Assembly: GCA_034008115.1 (NCBI GenBank)
Contig: JAVEPM010000003.1
Coordinates: 3,210 to 67,209, forward strand
Source: Methanolobus sp.
Lineage (GTDB): Archaea > Halobacteriota > Methanosarcinia > Methanosarcinales > Methanosarcinaceae
Direction of reading: 5' to 3'
DNA: 64,000 nt
Both the position numbers and the translations under genes were made by a program. The notes beneath the pieces were generated by a model. That model searched no databases, was not told where the DNA came from, and saw only the letters and a list, made by a program, of their open reading frames with translations. Shown piece after piece: positions 37,400-48,855 of this stretch; the stretch's first letter is position 1, and every line of letters begins with the position of its first letter.

Positions 37400-38251
37400 A
37401 TGGATGATAAAAAAGACACAAAAAGTTACCTTGAAGAGCAGTTCAATGATATGAAAACATACATTTCCAGAAACATAAAAGACATGGAATTAGAAAAGGA
37501 ATTTGACAAACAGGTTAAGGATATTAACGAATACCTTGACAGTAATCTGAAGAAGATTAGGTCAGGAATTGGCGACAAAAACCAATCATTATCTGTATAT
37601 ATGCCTTTGATAGGCGATGATGCACCGTCATTTAAAGCACAAACAACAATGGGAGAAATCAATTTCCCAAAAGACTACAAAGGAAAATGGGTAATCCTTT
37701 TCAGCCATCCTGCTGATTTTACACCTGTATGTACAACTGAGTTCATGACCTTTGCAACAATGCAGGAAGAATTCAGGGAATTGAATACAGAACTTATCGG
37801 ACTTTCCATTGACAGTCTCTATGCACACATTGCATGGCTGCGAACCATCAAAGAAAAGATCGAATATAATGGAATGAAGGATGTTGAAGTTAATTTTCCT
37901 GTTATAGAAGATCTTAAGATGGATGTTGCAAAAAAATTTGGAATGCTGCAGCCAAATGCCTCAGATACTCAAGCTGTCAGAGCAGTATTTATGATCGATC
38001 CAAAGGCAAAGATACGTGCTATTCTGTACTATCCTCTGTCTAACGGACGCAATATGAATGAGATAAAAAGATTATTGCTCGCAATGCAAAAATCAGATGC
38101 TGAAAATGTGGCAACTCCTGCCAACTGGCACCCGGGAGATGACGTTATCATCCCACCACCAGGTTCATGTGGGGCTGCTAAGGAAAGGATGGAAGAAAAA
38201 GATGAAGACAAATACTGTCTTGACTGGTTCATGTGCTTCAAGAAACAATGA
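37400..38251 (+). CDS. Peroxiredoxin (archaeal Prx6/TPx type) with N-terminal extension
   Basis: SHPADFTPVCTTEF, PANW, CLDWFMC. Usual start MPLIGD is at 37601; an in-frame ATG at 37400 follows ggtggag. Confidence 0.9.
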   Translation: MDDKKDTKSYLEEQFNDMKTYISRNIKDMELEKEFDKQVKDINEYLDSNLKKIRSGIGDKNQSLSVYMPLIGDDAPSFKAQTTMGEINFPKDYKGKWVILFSHPADFTPVCTTEFMTFATMQEEFRELNTELIGLSIDSLYAHIAWLRTIKEKIEYNGMKDVEVNFPVIEDLKMDVAKKFGMLQPNASDTQAVRAVFMIDPKAKIRAILYYPLSNGRNMNEIKRLLLAMQKSDAENVATPANWHPGDDVIIPPPGSCGAAKERMEEKDEDKYCLDWFMCFKKQ

Positions 38252-38276
38252 TAGGACCAATTGCGGTCCTTTTTTT

Positions 38277-39116
38277 CTAATATTCGAGTCGAAGACCAGA
38301 ACCCACTTCTTTTAGATTACAGACTTTAGATAAAGCGATCTTTGACATAAGGTCTGTGCAATGACATGCATGAACTTCCCGGACATTGAGTTTGTTGAAG
38401 TAATCAACTGTTCTGCTGATCTTTGCTTCTGGTGGCTGGAGCAAATGAAATCCTCCTATAACATCTACAACTCTGTTTTCGTTGCAAACACTTTTAGCAT
38501 ACTCGATTATATTACAAATTCCTGAATGTGAACAACCGGTGATAATGACAAGACCATTTTCAGTCTTAATAGCAATGGCAGTATCGTCAGAAAGCTTGTC
38601 TTCTTCTTCTTCTTTTCCATGGATTATGACTTTGCTTTCCAGTGATTCGAGCTCAAAATCAAAGATTCTTGGGATTTCTCCAAGAAATACGATGCTTTTA
38701 GTCAGCCACAAAGGCACACGGCTTAGTTCTAGCTTGAATATCCTTGAGAGCTTTTCTGCACCAATGATACTTCCGATCTCGTTTAGACCTGCGTAGGTTT
38801 TACTATTGAATACCAATGGATGGCCAACAACAGTGGGTTCTGAATGCACAAGCCCTTCTATCTTTGCTTCAGTAAACAGCCTTACTATAGAATCAAGTCC
38901 CCATGTGTGATCCAGATGACCGTGGGACAAAACTATATGGTCCAGATCAAGAAGATCAATTTTCATTCTGTATGCATTCTGAAGAAAGGCATCAGAGTAT
39001 CCAACATCGAAAAGTATCCTTGTTCCGTTGTCTTCTATTAAATAGGAAACAGCTGGTTCACCTAAAAAATAACGGTCAATGATCGTATTATTGTCCAGAA
39101 GGACGGTGAGATTCAT
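38277..39116 (-). CDS. MBL-fold metallo-hydrolase (COG1237-like)
   Basis: LSHGHLDHTWG, TGCSHSG, GGFHL, HACHCT. Confidence 0.9.
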   Translation of the reverse strand: MNLTVLLDNNTIIDRYFLGEPAVSYLIEDNGTRILFDVGYSDAFLQNAYRMKIDLLDLDHIVLSHGHLDHTWGLDSIVRLFTEAKIEGLVHSEPTVVGHPLVFNSKTYAGLNEIGSIIGAEKLSRIFKLELSRVPLWLTKSIVFLGEIPRIFDFELESLESKVIIHGKEEEEDKLSDDTAIAIKTENGLVIITGCSHSGICNIIEYAKSVCNENRVVDVIGGFHLLQPPEAKISRTVDYFNKLNVREVHACHCTDLMSKIALSKVCNLKEVGSGLRLEY

Positions 39117-39182
39117 AAATTGAAATTATCATTCAATGTTTAAAAGAGCTACGTTATATAGAAATAGTAGCTGACGATATTG

Positions 39183-40466
39183 TCAGCTATTTTTCTCATC
39201 CTCAAGTGCCTTGCTTACTATTTTCATAGCACAGAGATCACCGCACATTGAGCATGCTCCACTTCCTGTGTTCCTGCTATCTCTTATGCTCTTTGCTTTT
39301 TCTCCATCTAATGCAAGGGCAAATTGTGTATCCCAATCAAGGTCCTTACGTGCATGTGCCATTTTATCATCAACTGCTCTTGCGCGCTCTTTCTGTCCTT
39401 CTTTTGTAAGATCTGCTGCGTGGGCTGCAATTTTAGTAACGATGGTTCCTTCGCGGATGTCATCATTAGTTGGCAATGCCAGATGCTCAGCCGGTGTGGT
39501 CATGCACAGGAAATCAGTTCCGTGCATCCCAGCAAGAGTGCCCCCTATGGCTCCGGTTATATGGTCGTATCCGGGTGCGATATCTGTCACAAGCGGACCC
39601 AAAAGATAGATTGGGGCATTGTGACACAGGCTCTTCATTCCTTTCACGCTAAGCTCTATCTCATCAATAGGAACATGTCCGGGTCCTTCCACAAAACACT
39701 GTATGTTTGCTTCCCTTGTACGTTTTACAAGTTCTCCAAGGCTTATGAATTCCATAAAGGAAGGACCGTCAGAAGCATCATGGATGCAGCCTGGTCTCAT
39801 GCCATCTCCAAGGCTAATAGCCATATCATACTCATAGGCAATCTCCATAAGGTAATCATACTCTGAATAGAACGGGTTCTCTTCTGCGTTGTGCAGCATC
39901 CATGCCAGAGTAAATGAGCCACCACGGCTTACGACATCTGTTATTCTGTCAGCTTGCTTGATCCTCTTCATGGAATCCTTATTAACACCGGCATGTATGG
40001 TGACAAAGTCAATACCATCTTTTGCATGTTTGCGCACGGCATTGAACATATCATCAGAGGTCATGTCCACAACAGTCTTTTTTGAAGCTGCAGCCTGATA
40101 TATTGGAACAGAGCCCATAGGAATGTTCACAGCATCCATTATTTTTTTCCTTACAAGGTCAAGGTCTCCGCCTGTGGACAGGTCCATGAGTGCATCGGCA
40201 CCGAAGGTTTCTGCAGTTTTTGCCTTCTCAACTTCTTCATCAATATTGATGTAATCACGAGAGGTTCCGATATTAGCGTTTACCTTTGTACTAAGATATT
40301 TACCTATACCTACGACCTTGCAGTCCCTCACAGGGTTATTGGGGATACTGATGGTTCCCCTGGCAACACAGGAACAGATTGTTTTAGCATCAATGCCTTC
40401 ATCTCTGGCAACAGCTTCCATCTGAGGTGTTATTATGCCTTTTTTTGCATCTTCCATTAGTGTCAT
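39183..40466 (-). CDS. thiC: ThiC-family radical SAM protein (phosphomethylpyrimidine synthase or Bza-type paralog)
   Basis: [49 protein letters not shown]. Confidence 0.85.
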   Translation of the reverse strand: MTLMEDAKKGIITPQMEAVARDEGIDAKTICSCVARGTISIPNNPVRDCKVVGIGKYLSTKVNANIGTSRDYINIDEEVEKAKTAETFGADALMDLSTGGDLDLVRKKIMDAVNIPMGSVPIYQAAASKKTVVDMTSDDMFNAVRKHAKDGIDFVTIHAGVNKDSMKRIKQADRITDVVSRGGSFTLAWMLHNAEENPFYSEYDYLMEIAYEYDMAISLGDGMRPGCIHDASDGPSFMEFISLGELVKRTREANIQCFVEGPGHVPIDEIELSVKGMKSLCHNAPIYLLGPLVTDIAPGYDHITGAIGGTLAGMHGTDFLCMTTPAEHLALPTNDDIREGTIVTKIAAHAADLTKEGQKERARAVDDKMAHARKDLDWDTQFALALDGEKAKSIRDSRNTGSGACSMCGDLCAMKIVSKALEDEKNS

Positions 40467-40629
40467 TGTAGCTCCGCTATGCAGTATTTTTGTTTAGGTG
40501 CAGATACATTCTTGCCACATATATATCTTTCACAGTACTTATTTAATATGTATCAATACCTGAGTTATGTATATTACTTTCACCCTGCAAGCTCAATTCT
40601 TATCTAATAGCAGAGCATAAGGGAGCAGC

Positions 40630-42972
40630 ATGTCTATAGTCGTATTCACGGAAAAGAACAAGGCAGCTTCTCAGATAGCAGCTATACTCAGTGAAGGGCA
40701 TTTCAACCGCGCTTCTGTGGAGGGTGTTGCAGTGTACGACTTTAAAATGAATGGGAAAGAATGGAGGATTATGGGTCTTGCCGGACACATTATGGGCTAT
40801 GATTTTCCTGAAAAATACAATAACTGGCGTGAATGTGACCCTGCAATCCTGCTTGATACGGATCCTATAAAGAACGTCACCAAAAAACCCTTCGCTGCTG
40901 CCATTTCACTTCTTGCTGCAGGTGCTGAGGAAGTTGTCCTTGCCTGTGACTTTGACAGGGAAGGGGAAAATATAGGATTTGAGGCAAAGGCTATTGCTGA
41001 GAAAGTAGCTTCCTTTCCGGTTAAAAGAGCACGTTTTTCTTCACTTTCTGCAAGTGAGATAAAGAAAGCTTTTACAGATCTCGTTGAGCCTGATTATAAT
41101 ATGGCAATGGCAGCAGAAGCACGCCAGATACTTGATCTGAAAATGGGTGCTGCGTTTACCCGTTTCATGACCCTTGCCGTCAGGGAGAGGGTTCGCACCA
41201 AAGGAGTAATATCGATTGGTCCTTGTCAGACCCCCACCTGTGGTTTTGTCTATGAAAGAGAGAAACTTATAAAGAACTTTCAGTCAAAGGACTTCTGGAA
41301 AATAGAGGCTGTTTTCAATAAAAATGATACAGATTTTACAGGTGCTTACAGGGGCGGGCATATTTCTGAAAAAGCAAAAGCCGATGAAATATTTACCCGG
41401 ATAAAGAATTGTAAGAAAGGTCTTGTGGACAAGAAAACCGTAAAAAATGCCCTCATAAGTCCCCCATATCCGCTAAACACAACTGAATTTCTAAAGCGTG
41501 CTTCCAAGTTTCTGAATATCAGTCCTGAAAATGCCCTTGAGACAGCAGAGCAGCTGTATCTTTCAGGTTTTACCAGCTATCCAAGGACAGAGACCAATAA
41601 ATATGCTGATGATTTTGATTTCCGCTCGACATTGGTATCTTTTTCATCAGGTATTTACCAAAAATATGCGCTTTCAATACTCTCTGCCGGGGATATTAAA
41701 TGCAGGAACGGTACTAAGGATGGACATGACCACCCCCCTATCCATCCAATAAAAGCAGCATTAAGGGATGATTTGGAACGGAGCGTCAGGATGCCGGATG
41801 CATGGAAGGTCTATGATCTTATAGTAAGACATTTTCTTGCAAACCTCATGGGACCAGCTGTATTTGAAAAAACAAGGTTTGAGATACTTGTGGGTGGGGA
41901 AATATTTGATGTCACTGGATCGGTGCTAAAAGATTCCGGATGGCTTGATGTGTATCCATTTGAGAGCAAGAATGATAAACTACTGCCTGCTATTGATGAA
42001 AAGGAAGAGCTTGATGTTAAGGAAATAAAGAACATCAAGTCTGAAACAAAGCCTCCGAAAAGACTTACCGAGGCAGAACTTCTTACTTTGATGGACAAGC
42101 ATGGCATTGGCACCAAGGCAACAGCCCCCAGCCATATTGAAACTAATAAGAAACGAGGCTATTTTGAAGTAAAAGGTAAGACGATCTCAATTCTGGATAC
42201 GGGTTTTACCTTGATGGATACACTGGATACAACTGTAGCAATACTTGTAAAACCAGAGATACGAGCTCGTATAGAAGCTTTGATACAGGATGTGGAAGAC
42301 GGAAAAAAGACACTTGATGCCGCCCTTGATGAAGGGACCATACTTATCAAGGAAATGTATTCCCAGCTAAATTCAAGCAAGGATGCAATCGTTACAAGAA
42401 TGGCAGGCACTATTACGGATGAGCAGGTAAGTACTGATAAAAAGAATATGATAGGAACCTGTCCTGACTGTGGACGGATACTGCATATGATCAAAACCGA
42501 TAAAGGAAGGTTTGTAGGCTGCACTGGCTATCCGCAATGTAAGAATACATATCCTCTGCCAAAGGCAGGTGCACTTACAGTCCTGCACTCTCAGGAGTGC
42601 AGTAAAGGTGGAGTTGCAGTTCTTAAGGTCGGCAACAAATATAAATGGGCCGTGGGAATTGGTCCCTGTTTTACGTGTGACATGGAAAAGAAATGTTTCC
42701 CTCCTGAGATTGTAGGCCCGTGCCCTGTTTGTGATGGTTCGATGTTCGTCATATCTGTGAAAGATTCTCGTTTTCTTGGCTGCACCAAGAGGTGTGGACA
42801 CACACAATCGGTTCCTAAATCAGGTAGACTTACAGTTCTTAGCAATCTGTGTGAGCATTGTGGGTGGCACATACTCCGTGTTAAAGAGCAAAAAAAGGAT
42901 GCTGTGGAGTTCTGTGCCAATCGTCAGTGTGCCGGGAAGAAAAGGAAATCCAGTGATAGCAAGCAAAATTGA
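40630..42972 (+). CDS. topA: DNA topoisomerase IA with C-terminal zinc ribbons
   Basis: TEK, ACDFDREGENI (TOPRIM), GPCQTPT, SYPRTET (catalytic Tyr), GIGTKAT, several CxxC ribbons. Confidence 0.95.
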   Translation: MSIVVFTEKNKAASQIAAILSEGHFNRASVEGVAVYDFKMNGKEWRIMGLAGHIMGYDFPEKYNNWRECDPAILLDTDPIKNVTKKPFAAAISLLAAGAEEVVLACDFDREGENIGFEAKAIAEKVASFPVKRARFSSLSASEIKKAFTDLVEPDYNMAMAAEARQILDLKMGAAFTRFMTLAVRERVRTKGVISIGPCQTPTCGFVYEREKLIKNFQSKDFWKIEAVFNKNDTDFTGAYRGGHISEKAKADEIFTRIKNCKKGLVDKKTVKNALISPPYPLNTTEFLKRASKFLNISPENALETAEQLYLSGFTSYPRTETNKYADDFDFRSTLVSFSSGIYQKYALSILSAGDIKCRNGTKDGHDHPPIHPIKAALRDDLERSVRMPDAWKVYDLIVRHFLANLMGPAVFEKTRFEILVGGEIFDVTGSVLKDSGWLDVYPFESKNDKLLPAIDEKEELDVKEIKNIKSETKPPKRLTEAELLTLMDKHGIGTKATAPSHIETNKKRGYFEVKGKTISILDTGFTLMDTLDTTVAILVKPEIRARIEALIQDVEDGKKTLDAALDEGTILIKEMYSQLNSSKDAIVTRMAGTITDEQVSTDKKNMIGTCPDCGRILHMIKTDKGRFVGCTGYPQCKNTYPLPKAGALTVLHSQECSKGGVAVLKVGNKYKWAVGIGPCFTCDMEKKCFPPEIVGPCPVCDGSMFVISVKDSRFLGCTKRCGHTQSVPKSGRLTVLSNLCEHCGWHILRVKEQKKDAVEFCANRQCAGKKRKSSDSKQN

Positions 42973-43179
42973 TTGAGTGATAAATCAGTTTTTCTTGATT
43001 AAGCCTTAAAACTGACAAACGTATATATATGATTAAAACCATTCTATGAATTAGAGACGAATTGTAAGCCTATTTCCTGATTATACTTCAATATAAATAG
43101 GCCATACAAATCTACCACCTCCAATCGATCCAATTACACATAAACTTACTTACAATTCGTCTCAGCCTCCATTTTTTAA

Positions 43180-43701
43180 TTAAAATAACTCCCCATATTT
43201 TTCACTGTATGCTATATCACTCAGATTTTTTCTGGTACTCTTTTTCCCACTATCTGCAGGTTTGCCTATTGCAAGTACCGCCATGAGCTCCACAGTATCA
43301 GGACAGTTGAGAATCAAGTTGACTTTATTTGAACTATTAAGTATTTCTCCCAGCCAGACTGCCCCAAGTCCAAGATCACAACATGCCAGAAGCATATTTT
43401 GTATGGATGCTCCTATGCCCTGTATATCCTTTGTCCTATTATACATCGTATCAAGGTCAAGGTAAACAGCTATCAATAACGGTGCACTCAAAATGATATT
43501 GCTGTAGTGTGTGCAGCTTGCAAGTTCTTTCATGGTTTCTTTGTTTTTGATAACAATGAATTTCCATGGCTGGTTATTGAGGCCAGATGGTGCCCATCTT
43601 CCTGCTTCAAGTATGCTTTTGATATCTTCCTCTTTGACTTCTTCTGATCTGAACTTACGGATACTTCGCCTTGATAATATAGTCTCAATTGTTCCTTTCA
43701 T
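43180..43701 (-). CDS. Nitroreductase family protein
   Basis: SRRSIRKF, APSGLNNQPWKF, GLGAVW. Confidence 0.93.
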   Translation of the reverse strand: MKGTIETILSRRSIRKFRSEEVKEEDIKSILEAGRWAPSGLNNQPWKFIVIKNKETMKELASCTHYSNIILSAPLLIAVYLDLDTMYNRTKDIQGIGASIQNMLLACCDLGLGAVWLGEILNSSNKVNLILNCPDTVELMAVLAIGKPADSGKKSTRKNLSDIAYSEKYGELF

Positions 43702-43823
43702 GTTCTATCGACCTCTGCTACATATTTTGTGATATGAATACTCAAAATACTAATTTCCGGATACTTATAGCTTAGCTGCATTAGAGGAATAAACCTTATC
43801 AAGCAATAAATCAAGGATATGAT

Positions 43824-45080
43824 ATGGTCAGAAGACAAAGCCTGAAAAACCGCGAGTTTGGTTATGAGCTCTCAGGTGTGGAGCACAAGCTCATATTTGA
43901 TAATGATGATATGGGCTTTGTTCGATTCGATGGCCGAAGCAGGTATCTTTTTTATCTGGATCCTTCTCCTTTTCTTCAAACACCAAAAAGGGAGTTTTAT
44001 ATAATAAGCGATGAATCTGTTCCGACACCAAACAATAATGATCTTATCAAAGTTACTTCCTTTGAAACAGAACGAGTTGTCAGGGGCACATTTGCTAATC
44101 TTGTTAACATTGATGTCAGGCATGTTAAAGCGTGGAAAAAGGTCGATCCTAAAAAACTCCTTCACAGAAAGGTAATGGATCAGGAAGAGTATCTTAGTTT
44201 CTTTAGGCATCCATTTCAGAATGCAGATGAAAATAGGGACAGTATTTCTCAGTGTCTTGCGATGTGTTCTGTTTCTTCAAATGCAATTGGTATCAATGAA
44301 AAAGGTGGTATTGATTCAGGAATAATTGCAAAAAAAAGCGGTTGGGATTCCTTTGTTTCTTTACAGAAATTAATTCCCAGGGAATTTAAAAATGCAAAGT
44401 CTCCTTATTTTTACCATTCTTCTAAACTTGAAAAGAACCTTAACCCATCAGGCAGCAGGGAAATAAATCTTTCAATACTAATGCCAAAAGAAACATTTGT
44501 ACATGTGCCTATTGTTTTTGATGTTGAGATGCGTCCCAAATCTGCCTATTCTACTGATGTATCTTTTGAGATACCTTTTGTGAGGGCTCATCTTCTGGAT
44601 GCTTTAATGTTTCAACCGGAAATCTCAGAAAAGGCAGAAAAATGCCTGACTGACCAAATATATGAGATGACAGAAACATTCACACATTCAAGCAATTTTG
44701 TTTACAAGCAGGACCTTGGTGCAGCTGCTCCTAAACTAGGCTCAAGTATTGCCCGAATGAATTTAAGCAATGAAGTTTCTGTTTCCAATATACGTGAAGG
44801 ATTTGATATATGGATGGACATGTTTGCACACGCTTCTAAATTCCAGAAATCCAATCTTTCCCCTGGTGAGATCTTCCGTTTATCCAAAGAAGCAGCTCAA
44901 TTGTATCTGCAATTAGAGGATACTTTTGGTATTGATATTAGCATTTCAATGGCAGATGTTGAAAAAATATCTCTGCTTACACCGTTTGAGTTGTCGGATG
45001 CTCTTGCTTCATTAAGAAGTGCAGGTGCGATATATTCACCAAGAGTAGACTCTATTAAATTACTATCATTTAAACTGTAA
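43824..45080 (+). CDS. Hypothetical protein, likely a degenerate MCM helicase paralog
   Basis: KGGIDSGII...KLIPR at the RGDIHILL...KLAPR position, PEISEKAEKCL, KLGSSIARMNLSNEVSVSNI, C-terminal LRSAGAIYSPRVDSIKLL. No Walker A. Confidence 0.55.
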   Translation: MVRRQSLKNREFGYELSGVEHKLIFDNDDMGFVRFDGRSRYLFYLDPSPFLQTPKREFYIISDESVPTPNNNDLIKVTSFETERVVRGTFANLVNIDVRHVKAWKKVDPKKLLHRKVMDQEEYLSFFRHPFQNADENRDSISQCLAMCSVSSNAIGINEKGGIDSGIIAKKSGWDSFVSLQKLIPREFKNAKSPYFYHSSKLEKNLNPSGSREINLSILMPKETFVHVPIVFDVEMRPKSAYSTDVSFEIPFVRAHLLDALMFQPEISEKAEKCLTDQIYEMTETFTHSSNFVYKQDLGAAAPKLGSSIARMNLSNEVSVSNIREGFDIWMDMFAHASKFQKSNLSPGEIFRLSKEAAQLYLQLEDTFGIDISISMADVEKISLLTPFELSDALASLRSAGAIYSPRVDSIKLLSFKL

Positions 45081-45096
45081 GTTGGTGTGGGGTACG

Positions 45097-45321
45097 ATGA
45101 ATGAAGATATTGTTGAGCTTGATAAAAAGGCAACAAGACTAGGCTATGAACTCATGGATCTCGAGGACAAATTAGATGCTATCATCGAGGAAATGGAAAA
45201 TGTGGTCAATGAAGATGCAAAAGCAGAATTGATGCATCAAAAAACCCTGGTAGAAGCTGAGATCGCAGACATTAAAGATGAAAGGCATAAGCTCAATGAA
45301 AGATTGATCAATGCATTCTAA
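45097..45321 (+). CDS. Small acidic coiled-coil protein
   Basis: 74 aa heptad pattern; ATG 45097 after ggtgtgggg; 16 bp after the MCM-like gene. Confidence 0.7.
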   Translation: MNEDIVELDKKATRLGYELMDLEDKLDAIIEEMENVVNEDAKAELMHQKTLVEAEIADIKDERHKLNERLINAF

Positions 45322-45594
45322 GGGCAAAATATACGAGTATTACTCAAACCCAAATTGATAAAAATAACGTAACTATTCAGCCTAGCACAATCTGCCTATT
45401 GGTGCTGATTTCATCGAAATGGAGATATCTGCCCACTAACAATCTAAGAATCAAAAAAACAATCAATAGTAACAATCAAAATAAATGTTCATACTGAAAT
45501 TTACATTTCAACTTTTTGTCAAGATTGTTATAGATAGCGTTTTTATCAGGCTGAATAGTTATCTATTAACAAAAAATAGTGTAGACCAAAAGGT

Positions 45595-46602
45595 CTACTT
45601 TTCGTTTAATTCACTGTTCAACCAGGGCATCTTGGCTCTGATCTCTTTACCTATGACTTCTAATGGATGTTCCCGATCCTGTCTTTCCATTGCAGTAAGG
45701 ACTGGTCTGTTTGCCTTGTCCTCAAGCACGAACTCACGAGCGAATTCGCCGTTCTGTATTCTTTCAAGGGCCTCGTACATAGCTTCCCGGGAAAGCTCGT
45801 TTATGATCTTAGGACCAACTGTCATTCCGCCGTACTCTGCTGTGTTGGATACTGAATACCACATCTTGTCAAGGCCACCCTCGTGGATGAGGTCAACGAT
45901 GAGTTTCAGTTCATGGCATGTTTCAAAGTATGCCATTTCCGGCTGGTAACCTGCTTCAACAAGTACTTCAAAAGATGTCTTGATAAGTGAGGCAACTCCA
46001 CCACATAGGTCTACCTGTTCTCCGAAAAGGTCGGTCTCGGTTTCCTCACGGAATGATGTCTCATATACCCCTGCACGTGTACAACCTACACCCATTGCGT
46101 GTGCCAGAGCCATGTTCTTTGCGTTGCCGGTTGCATCCTGATAGACTGCGATAAGTCCCGGCACACCTGCTCCGTCCCTGTATGTTCTTCTGACAAGGTG
46201 GCCCGGGCTTTTTGGGGCTACCATATAGACATCGATATCCTTCTGTGGGATGATCTGGTTATAGTGGATGTTGAATCCATGTGAAAATACGATTGCGTTG
46301 CCGGCTTCAAGTCCTGGTTCTATCTCGTCGTAATATACCTGTGACTGCACTTCATCTGGCAAGAGTATCTGAATCACATCAGCCATTTTTGCTGCATCTG
46401 CAACTGTCATGACCTTTAGTCCATCTTCTTCGGCCTGTTTCCAGCGCCTGCTACCTTCTCTTAAGCCCACTGTCACATCAAGTCCTGAGTCATGCATGTT
46501 CTGTGCCTGTGCATGCCCCTGGCTTCCATAACCCAATACTGCGATCTTCTTACCTTTCAGTAAGTTAATGTCTGCATCTTTATCATAATACATTTTTGCC
46601 AT
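45595..46602 (-). CDS. ilvC: Ketol-acid reductoisomerase
   Basis: [43 protein letters not shown]. Confidence 0.97.
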   Translation of the reverse strand: MAKMYYDKDADINLLKGKKIAVLGYGSQGHAQAQNMHDSGLDVTVGLREGSRRWKQAEEDGLKVMTVADAAKMADVIQILLPDEVQSQVYYDEIEPGLEAGNAIVFSHGFNIHYNQIIPQKDIDVYMVAPKSPGHLVRRTYRDGAGVPGLIAVYQDATGNAKNMALAHAMGVGCTRAGVYETSFREETETDLFGEQVDLCGGVASLIKTSFEVLVEAGYQPEMAYFETCHELKLIVDLIHEGGLDKMWYSVSNTAEYGGMTVGPKIINELSREAMYEALERIQNGEFAREFVLEDKANRPVLTAMERQDREHPLEVIGKEIRAKMPWLNSELNEK

Positions 46603-46646
46603 TGTATGTACCTCTTTAATTGAAATGTCTATAAGTCTCTGAATAA

Positions 46647-47132
46647 TTAAGAATTCTTCTTTCCTCTACTAAGTGCAACTTTCCCGGTCCTTGCCATTTC
46701 CTTTATTCCAAAGGGTTTGAGTAACTGTTCAATGGCGGTTATCTTGCCTTCGTCACCTGTGACTTCAACGGTCATGGATTTTGAACCAACATCGATGATG
46801 TGGGCACGGAATACGTCTGCTATCTGCATAATCTCAGAGCGGGTGTTGACATCTGATTTAACTTTGATAAGTGCCAGTTCCCTTTCAACGGAATCTTCTG
46901 CCCGCAGGTCTATGACTCTGATGACATCAATGAGCTTATTAAGTTGCTTTGTGACCTGTTCCATGACATCATCATTCCCCTTTACAACAATAGTCATGCG
47001 GGACATGGTGGGGTCATCAGTGACTCCCACTGTCAGGCTGTCAATATTATAACCTCTTCGTGAGAACATGCCTGCGACTCTTGAGAGTACTCCATATTTG
47101 TTCTCAACCAGAACTGCAAGTGTGTGTCTCAT
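46647..47132 (-). CDS. ilvH: Acetolactate synthase small subunit
   Basis: [39 protein letters not shown]. Confidence 0.96.
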   Translation of the reverse strand: MRHTLAVLVENKYGVLSRVAGMFSRRGYNIDSLTVGVTDDPTMSRMTIVVKGNDDVMEQVTKQLNKLIDVIRVIDLRAEDSVERELALIKVKSDVNTRSEIMQIADVFRAHIIDVGSKSMTVEVTGDEGKITAIEQLLKPFGIKEMARTGKVALSRGKKNS

Positions 47133-48826
47133 TCTTTGCTCTCCAGATTCATTATTTCGTTAATTGCAGCACCAGCCGGCACCATAGGGGATACATTCTC
47201 TTCGCACTCCACAACAAAATCAATTACTGTGGGTCTTTCTGAAGCGATGGCCTGTTCAATGGCCGGACGCACTTCATCACGTGTAGTGACCCGAAGTCCA
47301 AGTGCACCGTATGCTTCTGCAAGTTTTACGAAATCAACGCTGTCTTGTATACAGGTTGAAGAGTAGCGTTTGCCGTGGAAGAGTTCCTGCCATTGCCTGA
47401 CCATTCCAAGGTAACCATTATTGAAAATGGATACTATTACAGGCACATTTTCCTGAACTGCCGTTGCAAGTTCCTGTGAGTTCATCTGGAATGAGCCGTC
47501 ACCTGCAATAGCAAAGACAACTTTGTCAGGTCTTGCTATCTTGGCACCGATGGCTGCAGGTAATCCGTATCCCATAGTTCCGAGTCCTCCGGAAGTAATA
47601 AAGGTCCTTGCTTTGCTGAACCTGAAGTACTGGGCAGCCCACATCTGATGCTGTCCTACATCTGTAACAATAATAGCATCCTTGCATGCCGCACTTATCT
47701 GCTCAACGATATACTGGGGTTTAATTCCATTGCCAGTTGCAGGTTCCACATAGTAGAGGGGATTGTCTTTTTTCCAGTGATCTATCCTATTGATCCATGC
47801 TTCGGATTGTGCTGGTGATGAATACTCCAATAATTTCTGGAGCACCCACTTCGCATCCCCCACAATTGGTACATCTACCTTTACATTCTTTGATATCTCT
47901 GCAGGATCGATGTCAATGTGAATTATCTTTGCATTGGATGCAAATGCTTTTAGCTTGCCCGTGACCCTGTCATCAAATCTTGCCCCAACTGCGATCAAAA
48001 GGTCTGATTCCTGAATAGCATAGTTGGCATATTTGGTCCCATGCATGCCCAGCATTCCCAAAAACAGAGGATGTTCTACAGGGAATCCACCCATTCCTGT
48101 AAGGGTTGTTGTTACAGGGGCGTTGATCTTCTCTGCAAATTCAAGAAGCTCTTTGCTTGCATCTGAACTAATAACCCCGCCACCTGCATAAATAACAGGA
48201 TTCTTTGACCCTTCTATCTTAGAAGCTGCCTTTTTTATCTGCAGGAGGTTACCCTTATATGTGGGTTTGTATCCTCGTAGTTCTACTTTATCAGGGTAGT
48301 AAAAATCAAATTCCTGGACAGTGATGTCCTTTGGAAGATCAATGAGTACAGGTCCCTGTCTGCCCGTGGATGCGATATGAAACGCTTCTTTGATAATCCT
48401 TGGAAGATCATTTGCATCCTGTACAAGGTAATTGTGTTTGGTAATTGGCATTGTGATGCCGGTAATGTTTGCTTCCTGGAAAGCATCATTTCCAAGCAGG
48501 GAGCTTGGTACCTGTCCGGTGAAGACCACCATTGGTATGGAGTCCATGTATGCATTTGCAATACCTGTTACAAGGTTTGTTGCACCTGGTCCTGAAGTTG
48601 CAAGGCAGACACCTGTCTTCCCAGTTGCCCTTGCGTATCCTTCTGCTGCGTGGGCAGCAGCCTGTTCGTGGCGGACTAATACATGACGGATATCCGCATC
48701 GTAGAGTTCATCGTATATGGAGAGCAGTACGCCTCCCGGGTAACCAAAGATTGTATCTACACCTTCTCTGTACAGGCACTCGATAAGGGCTCTTGCACCT
48801 ATCATTTTTTCCGTCGGTTCAGTCAT
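47129..48826 (-). CDS. ilvB: Acetolactate synthase large subunit
   Basis: [40 protein letters not shown] (TPP motif), GMVRQWQ. Confidence 0.97.
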   Translation of the reverse strand: MTEPTEKMIGARALIECLYREGVDTIFGYPGGVLLSIYDELYDADIRHVLVRHEQAAAHAAEGYARATGKTGVCLATSGPGATNLVTGIANAYMDSIPMVVFTGQVPSSLLGNDAFQEANITGITMPITKHNYLVQDANDLPRIIKEAFHIASTGRQGPVLIDLPKDITVQEFDFYYPDKVELRGYKPTYKGNLLQIKKAASKIEGSKNPVIYAGGGVISSDASKELLEFAEKINAPVTTTLTGMGGFPVEHPLFLGMLGMHGTKYANYAIQESDLLIAVGARFDDRVTGKLKAFASNAKIIHIDIDPAEISKNVKVDVPIVGDAKWVLQKLLEYSSPAQSEAWINRIDHWKKDNPLYYVEPATGNGIKPQYIVEQISAACKDAIIVTDVGQHQMWAAQYFRFSKARTFITSGGLGTMGYGLPAAIGAKIARPDKVVFAIAGDGSFQMNSQELATAVQENVPVIVSIFNNGYLGMVRQWQELFHGKRYSSTCIQDSVDFVKLAEAYGALGLRVTTRDEVRPAIEQAIASERPTVIDFVVECEENVSPMVPAGAAINEIMNLESKE

Positions 48827-48855
48827 ATAAAACCTCTGATTTTCAAATTAAGTAA

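Noticed and set aside
42455-42945. Cys-rich C-terminus of topA as a novel domain
   Set aside because: These are standard type IA topoisomerase zinc ribbons.
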